The notes beneath the pieces were generated by a model. That model had not been told where the DNA came from. It was given only the letters and a program-made list of their open reading frames with translations, and did not search any database. Below, piece after piece: positions 16,663 to 25,990 of a DNA stretch of 43,837 bases; the stretch's first letter is position 1, and every line of letters begins with the position of its first letter. Both the position numbers and the translations under genes were made by a program. This DNA is from a virus (taxonomy: Duplodnaviria; Caudoviricetes): positions 1 to 43,837 of IMG/VR virus record IMGVR_UViG_3300032104_000023; one strand, written 5' to 3'.

Positions 16663-16842
16663 CTACCACTCCTTGAAGATGTCCCTAATCTTGACTCCAC
16701 CCAGGGCTGCAATCACAGCTATACCTAGTGAGAGGATGGCACCGTCATGGCCCTGTTGGATAGCAAAGCCCACCAGGAAGACTATTCCCAGGATAGCGGC
16801 TACAACTGCAATAGTGCCGCCATTGACTCTACTTGGCTTCAT
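16663..16842 (-). CDS. Two-TM membrane protein (59 aa)
   Basis: IAVVAAILGIVFLVGFAI...AILSLGIAVIAALGG; below the ORF-track cutoff. Confidence 0.7.
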   Translation of the reverse strand: MKPSRVNGGTIAVVAAILGIVFLVGFAIQQGHDGAILSLGIAVIAALGGVKIRDIFKEW

Positions 16843-16846
16843 TTAC

Positions 16847-17347
16847 CTACTCAAACTTCTTAGGGGACTTCCGTATTCCAGTTATGCTTAGGTCATATAC
16901 CGCCTCTGTAGTAACTACGCCACCTATCTTCTCTCGGATACGGATTTGGTCGCCCCAATGACCAGTACGGATACTATCGGCTATAAGCGTATCCAAGGTT
17001 CTAACATGGGAATGGCCTATTGCAGTCTCAGGTGCATCACCTCTTTGTACAGGAAGATGAGTTACGTGTTCCACAAGGGCAGCTACTACCTGAGGAAAGG
17101 CATATATATCCTCCCAATCTGCATCTGTGGCAACAGCAGGATTAGGTACTATGGCCCTTTGTAGGTATATATCCATTGTAGGAGCAGTACCTATTAGAGC
17201 AGTAGTCACATTGAGGTAAATAAGTAATTCCTCAAACTCGTCAAGAGGAACATTGTTTACAGACTCAACGATCTTAGGTGTTGATGTACCTGATGTTGCA
17301 GAAGTCTTAGCACTAATTACCTTCTCACGTTTAGTCCTAAAACTCAT
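16847..17347 (-). CDS. Hypothetical structural protein (jelly-roll-like)
   Basis: LLIYLNVT..GTAPTMDIYLQ...QIRIR; resembles 17680-18114. Confidence 0.6.
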   Translation of the reverse strand: MSFRTKREKVISAKTSATSGTSTPKIVESVNNVPLDEFEELLIYLNVTTALIGTAPTMDIYLQRAIVPNPAVATDADWEDIYAFPQVVAALVEHVTHLPVQRGDAPETAIGHSHVRTLDTLIADSIRTGHWGDQIRIREKIGGVVTTEAVYDLSITGIRKSPKKFE

Positions 17348-17604
17348 AAGGACTTCCTCCGCTTCCTATGTTCAGATTTATGGCCTGACCTATGCACCGA
17401 TTTGTGAGAACTTGCTCCAGGATGTTTACCTATAACCTCCCTAGTAGTACGAGGCTTACTCGCAAAGTCCGCCAGTTGTGACCCACTCATGGATTTGAGC
17501 ATACCGAGAGAGGCACCTTTAAGGCTGGATTTAGGTGCTTGACCCCTAGATACTGCCAGAGCCGCCCCCGCAGCCTTCCTCTGTGCTTCACTTGTAGCAG
17601 GCAT
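17344..17604 (-). CDS. DUF3008-family protein
   Basis: MPATSEAQRKAAGAALA..RG...LKGAS..M..SMS..QL.DFAS matches the family pattern as recalled. Confidence 0.75.
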   Translation of the reverse strand: MPATSEAQRKAAGAALAVSRGQAPKSSLKGASLGMLKSMSGSQLADFASKPRTTREVIGKHPGASSHKSVHRSGHKSEHRKRRKSL

Positions 17605-17614
17605 ATGAACCTCC

Positions 17615-17662
17615 TAGTGGGTGGCCGATAGGGAGGGGAATCCAAACACCGACCACCCACTA
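17615..17662 (-). other. 15-bp RNA hairpin abutting the RBS of the DUF3008 gene
   Basis: TAGTGGGTGGTCGGT pairs with ATCGGCCACCCACTA, followed immediately by GGAGG..ATG. Confidence 0.7.
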
Positions 17663-17679
17663 CATAGCGTAGGAGCAGA

Positions 17680-18114
17680 CTAAATCAGTAGCTCAACGCC
17701 CACCGTAAGCTGCTCATCCACACCTGGGATACCCAGGGAGACTAGCGGCTCAATGAATGCCCTATCGATAGGGATACTAGGAGAAGTCCCAGTAACTACC
17801 CTGGCGTTTATCTTGACCTTGGTAAAGGACTGACCGCTAGCGGGTTTAGGAATGTAGACCGCCCGAGCAATCTCTATGTCATCGTCCGCCTCATCAATAG
17901 TAGGGAATTGACCAATATTGAAATCGGTAGCCCCACCATCAATAGAGCAGAGGACCGCTACATCGAGCACTACGGTTGTTCCCGTCACCGTGCCTAGGAA
18001 CATCCTAATCATAGCCCAAAAGCCACCCTCAGTGTCCTTCTCGTCGCCAATATCCCCTGTAGCCGTAACGGTTACAGTGGTTGCTACTAGCTCAAGGTTC
18101 GTATCTCGTGCCAT
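17680..18114 (-). CDS. Putative capsid decoration/minor structural protein
   Basis: 144 aa, beta-rich, second gene after MCP, AGGAGG RBS. Confidence 0.55.
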   Translation of the reverse strand: MARDTNLELVATTVTVTATGDIGDEKDTEGGFWAMIRMFLGTVTGTTVVLDVAVLCSIDGGATDFNIGQFPTIDEADDDIEIARAVYIPKPASGQSFTKVKINARVVTGTSPSIPIDRAFIEPLVSLGIPGVDEQLTVGVELLI

Positions 18115-18172
18115 GTTATCCTCCTACTTAGATGGCTGTACTAAGTCAGCCAATTCGATTTTACTTGAGGAG

Positions 18173-18490
18173 TTAATCACTCAAGGCCTCCTCCTTGGCC
18201 TGCTCCTGGTCCTCGATGGAGCGGGGTCGGCCTGCTGACCCGTCTCTCATAATGACCTCAGTAGGAGTATCACTCTCCCACTTGAAGCCATTGATATACC
18301 AACCCCGCTCCTCTGAGAAGAAGAAATCCCAACGTTTTGCCTTGGCCTCTTCCAGAGTCCGAGCTACTGGCCTTACCTGGATGCGCTCGGTTCCATCCTG
18401 TGATGGTATAACCTTGTCTCTATACAGGTGACCATCACGCTCATAGACACCGTGAGCATCCTTCTCTGGCTGTGTTTCATCCTCTGGCAT
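18173..18490 (-). CDS. Hypothetical protein downstream of MCP
   Basis: AGGAGG RBS, 105 aa. Confidence 0.7.
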   Translation of the reverse strand: MPEDETQPEKDAHGVYERDGHLYRDKVIPSQDGTERIQVRPVARTLEEAKAKRWDFFFSEERGWYINGFKWESDTPTEVIMRDGSAGRPRSIEDQEQAKEEALSD

Positions 18491-18502
18491 GAAGCCCTCC
18501 TA

Positions 18503-19423
18503 CTATGCTAGAACGCCGTGAAGTCTTGCAGCCGTACGAGGGTGTTTGACAACTAATCCGGTAAACCACTCAATACGACCTAGGTGCTGTGGCTTGGCCT
18601 GAATCTCCCCGAAGTCCTTGACTGACGGAACAGACCTGCTCTGGATTCCCATAACATAGTCTGAACCGTACCGGACACAGTAGACACTGGCCGTGATGTT
18701 CGAGCTACCTTGAGTCTCGTCAAAGTCGAGAATGGTTGAACCATCATCCTCGCGCTCCACAATCCTTACGGCAGTCCCAGAGTATGCGACCTGCTGCCGA
18801 CCAAAGGCATCCTGAGTAATGGAGATGAACGAGGAGCCTGTCTGCTCACGAACCAACTTCGTCAGTTGGCGCCGTATGCTCTTGTTCATGTACAGAACCT
18901 TTTGGCCTGAGTCTCCTACAACCTGGTCAAGGAGTTCATCTAGCATAGCCAGAGTCAGTACCGCACCATTAGTGCCTGCAGCAATTTTCTGATTGCCAGT
19001 GAGCCTCTTACGAAGGCCATCAAACTCAAAGGGGTCAACTGCGGTATCCCCCTCAAAGAAGGTGGTGGTGAACTGAATACCAACTTGCCGAGCCTTCATC
19101 CGGTACTTCTCGGATTTGAGGTTGAGGAGGTTCTGCATAACCTCAACCTCAAAGTTGTCAATGGCAACTTCGCCACCTAGAATAACCAAAGGCTCGAACA
19201 GGGGATTGATTACACCTGCATCAGCTACATAAGTCCCACCCACACCTCGATAGGCAACGGTGCCTAGAGACTGTTCCTGATGATACCTAAACGCAGGACC
19301 GTTGATAGTCCGCATAGGTAGAACCTCTAGGATAGGCGAGCTTTCTACTATGATCTTGGTTACTGACCGTTCTATGATGTCCTGGCTGTGCTTGGCAGCC
19401 TCTAAAAGGGTGATGTCAGCGAT
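18503..19423 (-). CDS. Major capsid protein (HK97 fold), 306 aa if started at ATC 19423
   Basis: (M)ADITLLEAAK..SPILEVLP..GGEVAIDNF..FFEGD..EFDGLRKR..LDELLD..AARL; follows scaffold; frame open 36 codons upstream of the first ATG. Confidence 0.9.
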   Translation of the reverse strand: MADITLLEAAKHSQDIIERSVTKIIVESSPILEVLPMRTINGPAFRYHQEQSLGTVAYRGVGGTYVADAGVINPLFEPLVILGGEVAIDNFEVEVMQNLLNLKSEKYRMKARQVGIQFTTTFFEGDTAVDPFEFDGLRKRLTGNQKIAAGTNGAVLTLAMLDELLDQVVGDSGQKVLYMNKSIRRQLTKLVREQTGSSFISITQDAFGRQQVAYSGTAVRIVEREDDGSTILDFDETQGSSNITASVYCVRYGSDYVMGIQSRSVPSVKDFGEIQAKPQHLGRIEWFTGLVVKHPRTAARLHGVLA

Positions 19424-19425
19424 GA

Positions 19426-20388
19426 CTACTTCCCTGCCTTTCTTCTTGCTTCTTCTGCGGCTAGCCCCTGCTCTAACTGAACAGTGGCATCCGTCTCCAT
19501 TAGATTAGGTATTGCGCTATTCCTCCGTCCACCTGAGACCAACGCAGGCCTTTCACCATCTACCTCAGCCATGATTTCCTCATTAAGAGTCTCCTTCTTC
19601 TCAGCCAATTCCTTAACTGAAAGTGCAGAAGCCTCATGGGTGACTAAGGCCTGGAATACAGACTTCTCCCACTCCCTGATACCCTCGGCACCTAGATGCG
19701 TAAAGTGGTCAGGCTTAAGGCTTTCCCTCACCTCAGCCGAAAGGTCTGACCCCTCTAGCATACTAGACACTGCGGCCACCTTGGTAGCGTAGCTGTAGAT
19801 TTGTGAGGCCTGTGCAATTGCCTCAGCGTTAGGGAGAGCACCAGTCTCCTTGCGCTGCTGGTATCTGGCATAGGCAGTAGCGGCCTCTTCATCATCGGCT
19901 ATCTCCTCAGCAACTTGCTCCCTGGTCATCTCTGAGAAGTGTGTATCCTCGATACGCTCTGCTTCCAACTGCTTGGCATTGGCCTCTATAGTTGGACGCT
20001 CACGCTCCAAGGCCGAAGTGACTTGAGCTACCGCTGCCCTATCGCTCCACTTGTTCAGGAGAGGTCCCAAGATAGGATGTTCGAGAAGTACCTTCAAGGA
20101 TTCCTTATTTGCCGCAAGGTCCTTGAGTGGGTCCTCCTGCCCACCACCACCTTCACCTTCCCCAGGTTCGCCATCCCCTTCATCCCCAGTCTTAACCATC
20201 CCCTCAGAGGCAGCTTCTCCATCCCCCTTGGCTGGAGGCTTCCCCTCAGAGGCCGGCTTACCCAGGTCTGAAACGGAATCTTTACCTTCAATTATAGCTG
20301 GCACCTCTTCGCCAGCAATAGCAGCACCTAGCGCTGCCATTTCTGGGTCTACCTTAGTGGCATCTACTGTGTCTGGCTTGTCTACCAT
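19426..20388 (-). CDS. Capsid scaffolding protein
   Basis: Acidic disordered N-terminus, helical body, directly upstream of MCP; start at ATG 20388 behind AGGGAG. Confidence 0.7.
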   Translation of the reverse strand: MVDKPDTVDATKVDPEMAALGAAIAGEEVPAIIEGKDSVSDLGKPASEGKPPAKGDGEAASEGMVKTGDEGDGEPGEGEGGGGQEDPLKDLAANKESLKVLLEHPILGPLLNKWSDRAAVAQVTSALERERPTIEANAKQLEAERIEDTHFSEMTREQVAEEIADDEEAATAYARYQQRKETGALPNAEAIAQASQIYSYATKVAAVSSMLEGSDLSAEVRESLKPDHFTHLGAEGIREWEKSVFQALVTHEASALSVKELAEKKETLNEEIMAEVDGERPALVSGGRRNSAIPNLMETDATVQLEQGLAAEEARRKAGK

Positions 20389-20431
20389 CAGTGTCTCCCT
20401 ACTCCCAGATACACTCTGAGCTGCTATGTTC

Positions 20432-20461
20432 ATTGTACGCGCTCTGATACTATCTAGTCAA
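20432..20461 (-). promoter_or_regulatory. Sigma70-type promoter for scaffold-capsid genes
   Basis: TTGACT-18 nt-TACAAT on the minus strand. Confidence 0.65.
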
Positions 20462-20725
20462 TGGGGCTGTGACAGTATTTCTCGCTGCCAAAGCCCTATA
20501 GACTGTCCGCTCACTTACTCCCATAACCTGCATAATCCAGCTTACCGTGCGCCCCTCATCAACCAGGTGAGTTATCCTAAGTGCCTTCAGATTAGCACGT
20601 ACAGTCTGCATCCCTTGCTCCTCCTCATACTTGCATACAGGTAGGGGACACTCTATACAGCAGGAGGATACCTCACATCCACATTCATTATAGTGCTTGC
20701 ACAAAGGACTGACAGGGGAAACCAC
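20450..20725 (-). CDS. Cys-rich HTH transcription regulator
   Basis: GCEVSSCCIECPLPVCKYE plus HTH GRTVSWIMQVMGVSERTVYRAL. Confidence 0.8.
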   Translation of the reverse strand: MVSPVSPLCKHYNECGCEVSSCCIECPLPVCKYEEEQGMQTVRANLKALRITHLVDEGRTVSWIMQVMGVSERTVYRALAARNTVTAPLTR

Positions 20726-20727
20726 AA

Positions 20728-23700
20728 TTACCTACCTGACCTCCCACCTCTACCTGACCGACTTGGCCGCTTGGCAGGAGATAGTCCATACCACTTAACT
20801 AGAAGTGCATCCGCATTAGGGTGAGTTAGCCTATATCTGTTACGCAGCTTGGCCACTGTGGAGGTCACGCTGCTAACTACAGCTAGCCTAGACAAAGTAC
20901 GAGATACCTCATCCAGAGAAACCCCTGAATCAAGGAGTCCTTGCTGCTTGGAGACAAGGTAATCATTCAGGCTAAGGAACGGGGCGAACTCCCCATTCTC
21001 CCGTAGGCGACTCCAAACTAGGTCCTCGACAGCCCAATATTCATCTAGGTCTGATTGAGCCTTTCTAAACTCTCTAACTGTAGGTGTATCGAAGCGGCGT
21101 AGGTAATCCTTAACTAGCTGGAGATTAGTTAAGGATAGACCTTCTAATGTAGCATCTCTAGCAGCAAAGAACCTGTCCCAGTCCACACCACCTGTCATCA
21201 GGTTTCTGTAGTCCTCACCATCAACACCAAAGTAGGCATCTATAGCAACGTTGACACCTGCCTTATCCTTACCAAACTTGAGTCCGAAGTCTTGGACGAT
21301 TTCGTCACGGCGGGCAAAGAACTCTCCTTGACGACCCCTGAAGTTGTCCTTCCAAATGGAGACTGCCATCTCGTTGTTGTTGAAGTCCGTATCATCCTCT
21401 AGTTGTAGTTTCTCCTGCTCAACACGGGTTTCCTCTAGGCGCTCAAAGCCTTCACCTTCTCTGGTTTTCTTCCTAAACCGGCTCTCATGCTCTAAGCGCT
21501 CCTGGGCACCTTGTACTCTAGGGTCGGTCGTGATGACTGCAACGGCAGGAGCGTTCTCCTTAGCCAAATCCTCGAAGCTGTCAAAGTCAACGTAGGGCTT
21601 CTCACCTAGAGCCCTCTTCTCTTGAAAGACTAACTCCTGGGCCTCCTCAAATAGAGAGAATGGGGACCTGGGGAAAGCACGGCCACCCACGGTCTCGATA
21701 AGACCAGCTAGCACCTTCATCTCCGTAGGGCCTCTAGCCTCTATGATGGCCTCTAGGTTCAGGGGCAGGAACCTGTCCTGGAAGTAGTCTCTTAACCTGG
21801 CAGGGTCATCTATAAAGGTGTCAAGACTCACCTCCTGACCTAGGAAGTCCTCGCCTTCAATGAAGTCAATAAGAGTACCAGTGGTCGGAGCAGTACGGCT
21901 GCGGAGATACCTGAACACAGGATTATCAGTGGAGGCCCAAGTCTCAAGGTTCATATTGTCCTCTTTGAGAAGCTGCCCCATGAAGCCTATCAAAGACCTG
22001 TATGCACTACCAAAACCATACTCATTGCCACCCAGAGGAAGCGACAGGAACTTACCTCCCGCCCCTGGGTTAAGGCGACTCACCACCTCCTCATGGGAGA
22101 GACCTGTTGCCCGACCGAAGGCGTAGAAGGAGACAGCCCCTCCCATGAGCATGGTAGCAAGAGCCTTCTGAGCATCCCTAGCAGGTACGCCGTTACTCAT
22201 AGCCCAGCCCAACATACCAAGGATACTGCGGGTGTATCGAGGAGAGTAGAAGGCACCAGCCAACTCTGCCTGACGCTGAGTAGCAGACAGCCCTAAGCTC
22301 ATCAGGTCAGTAGTACCTAGCTTGGTCTTAACGTAGCCCGCAATGCGGAACAGTTCCCCCTCTAGTTCGTCCGCAGTGAGACCAGCAGCAGCCCTACCAA
22401 TAGTAGGTAAGAAACCCCTAGGAACCTTGCCAACTCCTGCCCTCTGTATCCTCGCTAGACTGGCAAAGTTGAGTATCCGACCACTTTCGATGAAAGCCTC
22501 AAAGCCAAGAGGAACGCGGCCTAGAGTAGCCTTAATAATACCTGCACCGAGGATATGACCTAGTGCGGCAGACCTTTTGGTTATCTCCAGGACATCAATG
22601 TTGCCACGCCCAATGCCATACTTGGCCGCATCTGCGGCTTCAGGACTGTTCTTCAACCATCTAGGATAGCTCTTAGGGTCAGCCATCGCAAGCAGGGAGC
22701 GGCCTACTGCACGGCCCCAACTATCAGGGTCTGATGACAACAACAGCAAGCCCTGGATGAAGTATTGGCCTACGTCCATAGAGCCAGTGACAACGAACCT
22801 GGTCATGTTGGACGCCCATTCGACGCCCCTCAAAGCCTTCCCAGCCTTGCCCCCTATGGCAGGGCCTATTATATCCTGTATTACCTTAGCTGCCTTTGGT
22901 TCCAGTAGCTCCTTGCCAAAGCCAGGGCCAAGGGCCTGTTTGGCAGGAATCAGCGAGCGCCTTCTGGCAGCTACTTCTGCTTGGAGATTAAACACCTTGT
23001 TGCGAAGGACCTCAACCTCAAGCCGACCAGCCTCAGTAGTAGGTTTAGCAGCCTTAGCTTGGGCTTTGAGACCCTTAATGGTCTGCCGAAGCCCCCTAAT
23101 TATAGGCTGGCCTAGCTTATCCTCCTTAAAGACCTGGCGTGTTATCTTATCTAATATCATCTTCTGAAGGGCCTGGCCGTACAATCGAACAGTCTCTATA
23201 GGAGTAGCATAGGGAGTGCCACGAGCAATGGCCTCCTCCTGTTCAAGGAAGAGTCTCTCCTTGGCCGGAGACTGCTTAACACCCACGCGGCCACGGCCCT
23301 TTATGAATACGCGGCCATCCTCTCTTAGAGTGAACCTAGGCCAGTAGTCCTCGCCCAGGAGTCGTAGCTTCTCACCACTAACATACTCATACTGCCGAGC
23401 CAGGTCATCCATCAAGGACTTCTGAGTGACTATCCACTCACGCTGGGCGGCAGTGGCAGGGAACCTACTACGAGGCGCTCCAATTCGAGCACTCTGAAGG
23501 ACGCTTGTAGCAAAGTCACCGAAGGCTACTTCCTTGCCTTCAATGACTACCTTGCTGGTGTCTCTACCTAGGATAAATAGTCCATTGAAGATTTCCCTCT
23601 GACCTGCTAACCGTTGACCTAGTTCCGCACTCATTTGACCCGTGAGTACCTGATACATCGTCCCTGCCCTAAGTTCAGGTATAACACGAGCCAGAGCAGC

Positions 23701-25641
23701 AGGACCAGTGACAGCCTTGAAAAACAACCTCATGGCAGGAGCCTGGCCTATAACCTCACCAACACGGCGCATAAGGTCACTAGCACGTCCAGACATAAAT
23801 AGACCGTTCTCGATGGTGCGCCATTGGCTTATACTAGGGGCCTGGCCTCCGAGGAGAAGTCCTCCAGGCTCCCCAGGTAATCGTGGTGGAGGTGGAGGAG
23901 GTGGGTTACGACCTTCCCCAACGACTTTGGTACGGAGGGCTTTAACCTCAGTAGATTCCTCTACTGGGACAGCTTTGGTTAGCCTAGGAGGACTACCTTC
24001 TAGCCTACGTGCCTTACCGACAAAGCGAGTAGGGAAGCCACCTAGCTCGCCGCGTAATGGAGGGGTTGTGGGGCCAGCAGCCTCTAGTGCTACACGCGGC
24101 CATGGAGGATTGCGCTCCAGCTCATCAAGGAAGCCCCTCAGATCACCTGTTGACCTAAGCGTAGGAGAAGTACTCAGCACCTTTCCGTCATAGGACCTGG
24201 TTGCATCCAAAAAGACATTATCAGGACCCAAGTCGCGGGCTGTCTTCATAATGGCCCTTCTCTGGTTCTCTGAGAGAGGTCCAAAGAACTCAAACCCCAC
24301 TTGTCTGCCCTCATTGGATGTAGTTACCCTGACCGAGTGGGTGCGTTTAACCCAGTCATCCATCGAAAGAGGAGCACCCCCAAAAGCCTTCTTAACCGCA
24401 ATGTGGCCTTCACCTCCGAAGCCTCCAATGCCTTCAGGACTGACCCTCAACATTCTACCGTCCTCAAACAGGAAGGATGCTCCCCGAAGAACAGACACGC
24501 CAGGTGGAGAAGTGCCAAAGACCTGAGTCGCCTTATCAACCAGTGCCTTATCCACACCTGTAACCAGCGCTCGACCTCCAGCCTCCTCAGACACCCTAAC
24601 CCCTGGCTTTGTACCACGCTCAAAGAAATCAGCAGGTACTTCAGTGCGGCCTGTCTTCTTTGCAATCTTCAAGTCCTTAAGTGACCCACGTGCAAAGACC
24701 TTATTAAGGCTCGAAGCAGATTCTACTTCTTTCGTAGCACGAGCAATAGCCTCATCAATCGACATCTTACCCACCACACGGCCTCCAGCCTCCTCAGCCA
24801 GTAGTCGTCTAGCCTGAGGAACAACCTTGCGTAAAGCCTGTGACTCCTTAAGAGTCAGCCTAATACCTAGGGTAGCTGCCTTAGCAGCCTTAATAGCAGG
24901 ACCAGCAAATAAAGCTAAATTAAGAGGGTCGGTTATGAAGGACAGTATCTCTACAGAGGTAGCTCCACGTATCTGGCCACCCGTGGGAAAGACGCGAGGT
25001 AGAGCAGATAGTGCCTCAGGAGAGATAGCATCGGCAGCATCAACCGCCAGGGCTAGTGGTTCCAGTAGAGCCCTGGCTACAGGCTTGCCTATCTCACGCC
25101 TGGGAATATCCAGAACATCTAGGATAGACAGGACCTCCTTAACAGGAGTTGACGACAGAACATCTCCGGCAATATCTCCAATCTTGCCAAAGAGTCCTCC
25201 ACCTGAAGGCTCCTCAGATGTAGAGATGCCCTCTGGGAGCAGACTGGTGGATTTCTTGTAGGTGAAGAATGTTCCTTCACCAGGAACGTACTTCACATCC
25301 ACATCAGACTCGCGTCCAGGAAAGTTCTCACTGAGGTATCGTCGTATGAATGATGCTGAAGGAGCGTTACTAGGCACAGGAGCAGGCTTAGGTTTAACAG
25401 CCCTCTCAGCGGAACGTACACTAGACTCAGGCACCACCTGTCGCACAGTATCACGGTCTACAGGTTTAGTCACCACCGGAGGAGCAGAGAGATTACCCAT
25501 AATGTCAGGGTCTAGGCCACGAGAGATTAGAGAACCGCGTATCAGGCTGTGCAGGCCTGAAGTCTGAGTACCTCTTAGGAAGTTACTCCTACGGCCTTGA
25601 CGGCTCCTAGACCTGCTCTCGTATTCCCAGAGTCGAGCCAT
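20728..25641 (-). CDS. Large putative internal virion/ejection protein (1637 aa)
   Basis: Size, Ala/Gly/Leu-rich helical body, DPLNL motif, location in the virion operon. Confidence 0.65.
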   Translation of the reverse strand: MARLWEYESRSRSRQGRRSNFLRGTQTSGLHSLIRGSLISRGLDPDIMGNLSAPPVVTKPVDRDTVRQVVPESSVRSAERAVKPKPAPVPSNAPSASFIRRYLSENFPGRESDVDVKYVPGEGTFFTYKKSTSLLPEGISTSEEPSGGGLFGKIGDIAGDVLSSTPVKEVLSILDVLDIPRREIGKPVARALLEPLALAVDAADAISPEALSALPRVFPTGGQIRGATSVEILSFITDPLNLALFAGPAIKAAKAATLGIRLTLKESQALRKVVPQARRLLAEEAGGRVVGKMSIDEAIARATKEVESASSLNKVFARGSLKDLKIAKKTGRTEVPADFFERGTKPGVRVSEEAGGRALVTGVDKALVDKATQVFGTSPPGVSVLRGASFLFEDGRMLRVSPEGIGGFGGEGHIAVKKAFGGAPLSMDDWVKRTHSVRVTTSNEGRQVGFEFFGPLSENQRRAIMKTARDLGPDNVFLDATRSYDGKVLSTSPTLRSTGDLRGFLDELERNPPWPRVALEAAGPTTPPLRGELGGFPTRFVGKARRLEGSPPRLTKAVPVEESTEVKALRTKVVGEGRNPPPPPPPRLPGEPGGLLLGGQAPSISQWRTIENGLFMSGRASDLMRRVGEVIGQAPAMRLFFKAVTGPAALARVIPELRAGTMYQVLTGQMSAELGQRLAGQREIFNGLFILGRDTSKVVIEGKEVAFGDFATSVLQSARIGAPRSRFPATAAQREWIVTQKSLMDDLARQYEYVSGEKLRLLGEDYWPRFTLREDGRVFIKGRGRVGVKQSPAKERLFLEQEEAIARGTPYATPIETVRLYGQALQKMILDKITRQVFKEDKLGQPIIRGLRQTIKGLKAQAKAAKPTTEAGRLEVEVLRNKVFNLQAEVAARRRSLIPAKQALGPGFGKELLEPKAAKVIQDIIGPAIGGKAGKALRGVEWASNMTRFVVTGSMDVGQYFIQGLLLLSSDPDSWGRAVGRSLLAMADPKSYPRWLKNSPEAADAAKYGIGRGNIDVLEITKRSAALGHILGAGIIKATLGRVPLGFEAFIESGRILNFASLARIQRAGVGKVPRGFLPTIGRAAAGLTADELEGELFRIAGYVKTKLGTTDLMSLGLSATQRQAELAGAFYSPRYTRSILGMLGWAMSNGVPARDAQKALATMLMGGAVSFYAFGRATGLSHEEVVSRLNPGAGGKFLSLPLGGNEYGFGSAYRSLIGFMGQLLKEDNMNLETWASTDNPVFRYLRSRTAPTTGTLIDFIEGEDFLGQEVSLDTFIDDPARLRDYFQDRFLPLNLEAIIEARGPTEMKVLAGLIETVGGRAFPRSPFSLFEEAQELVFQEKRALGEKPYVDFDSFEDLAKENAPAVAVITTDPRVQGAQERLEHESRFRKKTREGEGFERLEETRVEQEKLQLEDDTDFNNNEMAVSIWKDNFRGRQGEFFARRDEIVQDFGLKFGKDKAGVNVAIDAYFGVDGEDYRNLMTGGVDWDRFFAARDATLEGLSLTNLQLVKDYLRRFDTPTVREFRKAQSDLDEYWAVEDLVWSRLRENGEFAPFLSLNDYLVSKQQGLLDSGVSLDEVSRTLSRLAVVSSVTSTVAKLRNRYRLTHPNADALLVKWYGLSPAKRPSRSGRGGRSGR

Positions 25642-25979
25642 TAGAACCTCCTCAGACCTCCACGACCAGCCCCACCAAGGATGCGCTGAAGGATGGCTTG
25701 ACCTTGAGGAGTCTTAGCAAAGTTCACAGGACTGGGTAGGTCGAAGAAGCGACTAGACAGGGAAACATCCCCTGGGAGGGGAGGCCGCTGAGGCTCAACA
25801 AGGCCTCCCCCACCTTGGCGCCGCCTTGCTCCTTGCTGTCCGAAGGCTCTACCACGAGCAACATCAGAGACTTGGCTAGGTAGTTGCCTTTTACCAGGAG
25901 GCTGACCGGGTATTCCTATCTCACCTCCCAGGAACTTCCTGGTAATGTTCAGGGTTTCCTCTGTCGGATGCTGTGCCAT
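25641..25979 (-). CDS. Hypothetical Gly/Arg-rich virion protein
   Basis: AGGAGG RBS, TAATG overlap. Confidence 0.6.
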   Translation of the reverse strand: MAQHPTEETLNITRKFLGGEIGIPGQPPGKRQLPSQVSDVARGRAFGQQGARRRQGGGGLVEPQRPPLPGDVSLSSRFFDLPSPVNFAKTPQGQAILQRILGGAGRGGLRRF

Positions 25980-25990
25980 TGTGTCCTCCT

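Noticed and set aside
20389-20433. ORF-track start of the scaffold at 20433
   Set aside because: That ATG overlaps the predicted -10 box; ATG 20388 has a good RBS
21344-25567. Numerous plus-strand ORFs opposite the 1637-aa gene, and similar ones opposite other virion genes
   Set aside because: Antisense shadows without RBS or recognisable motifs
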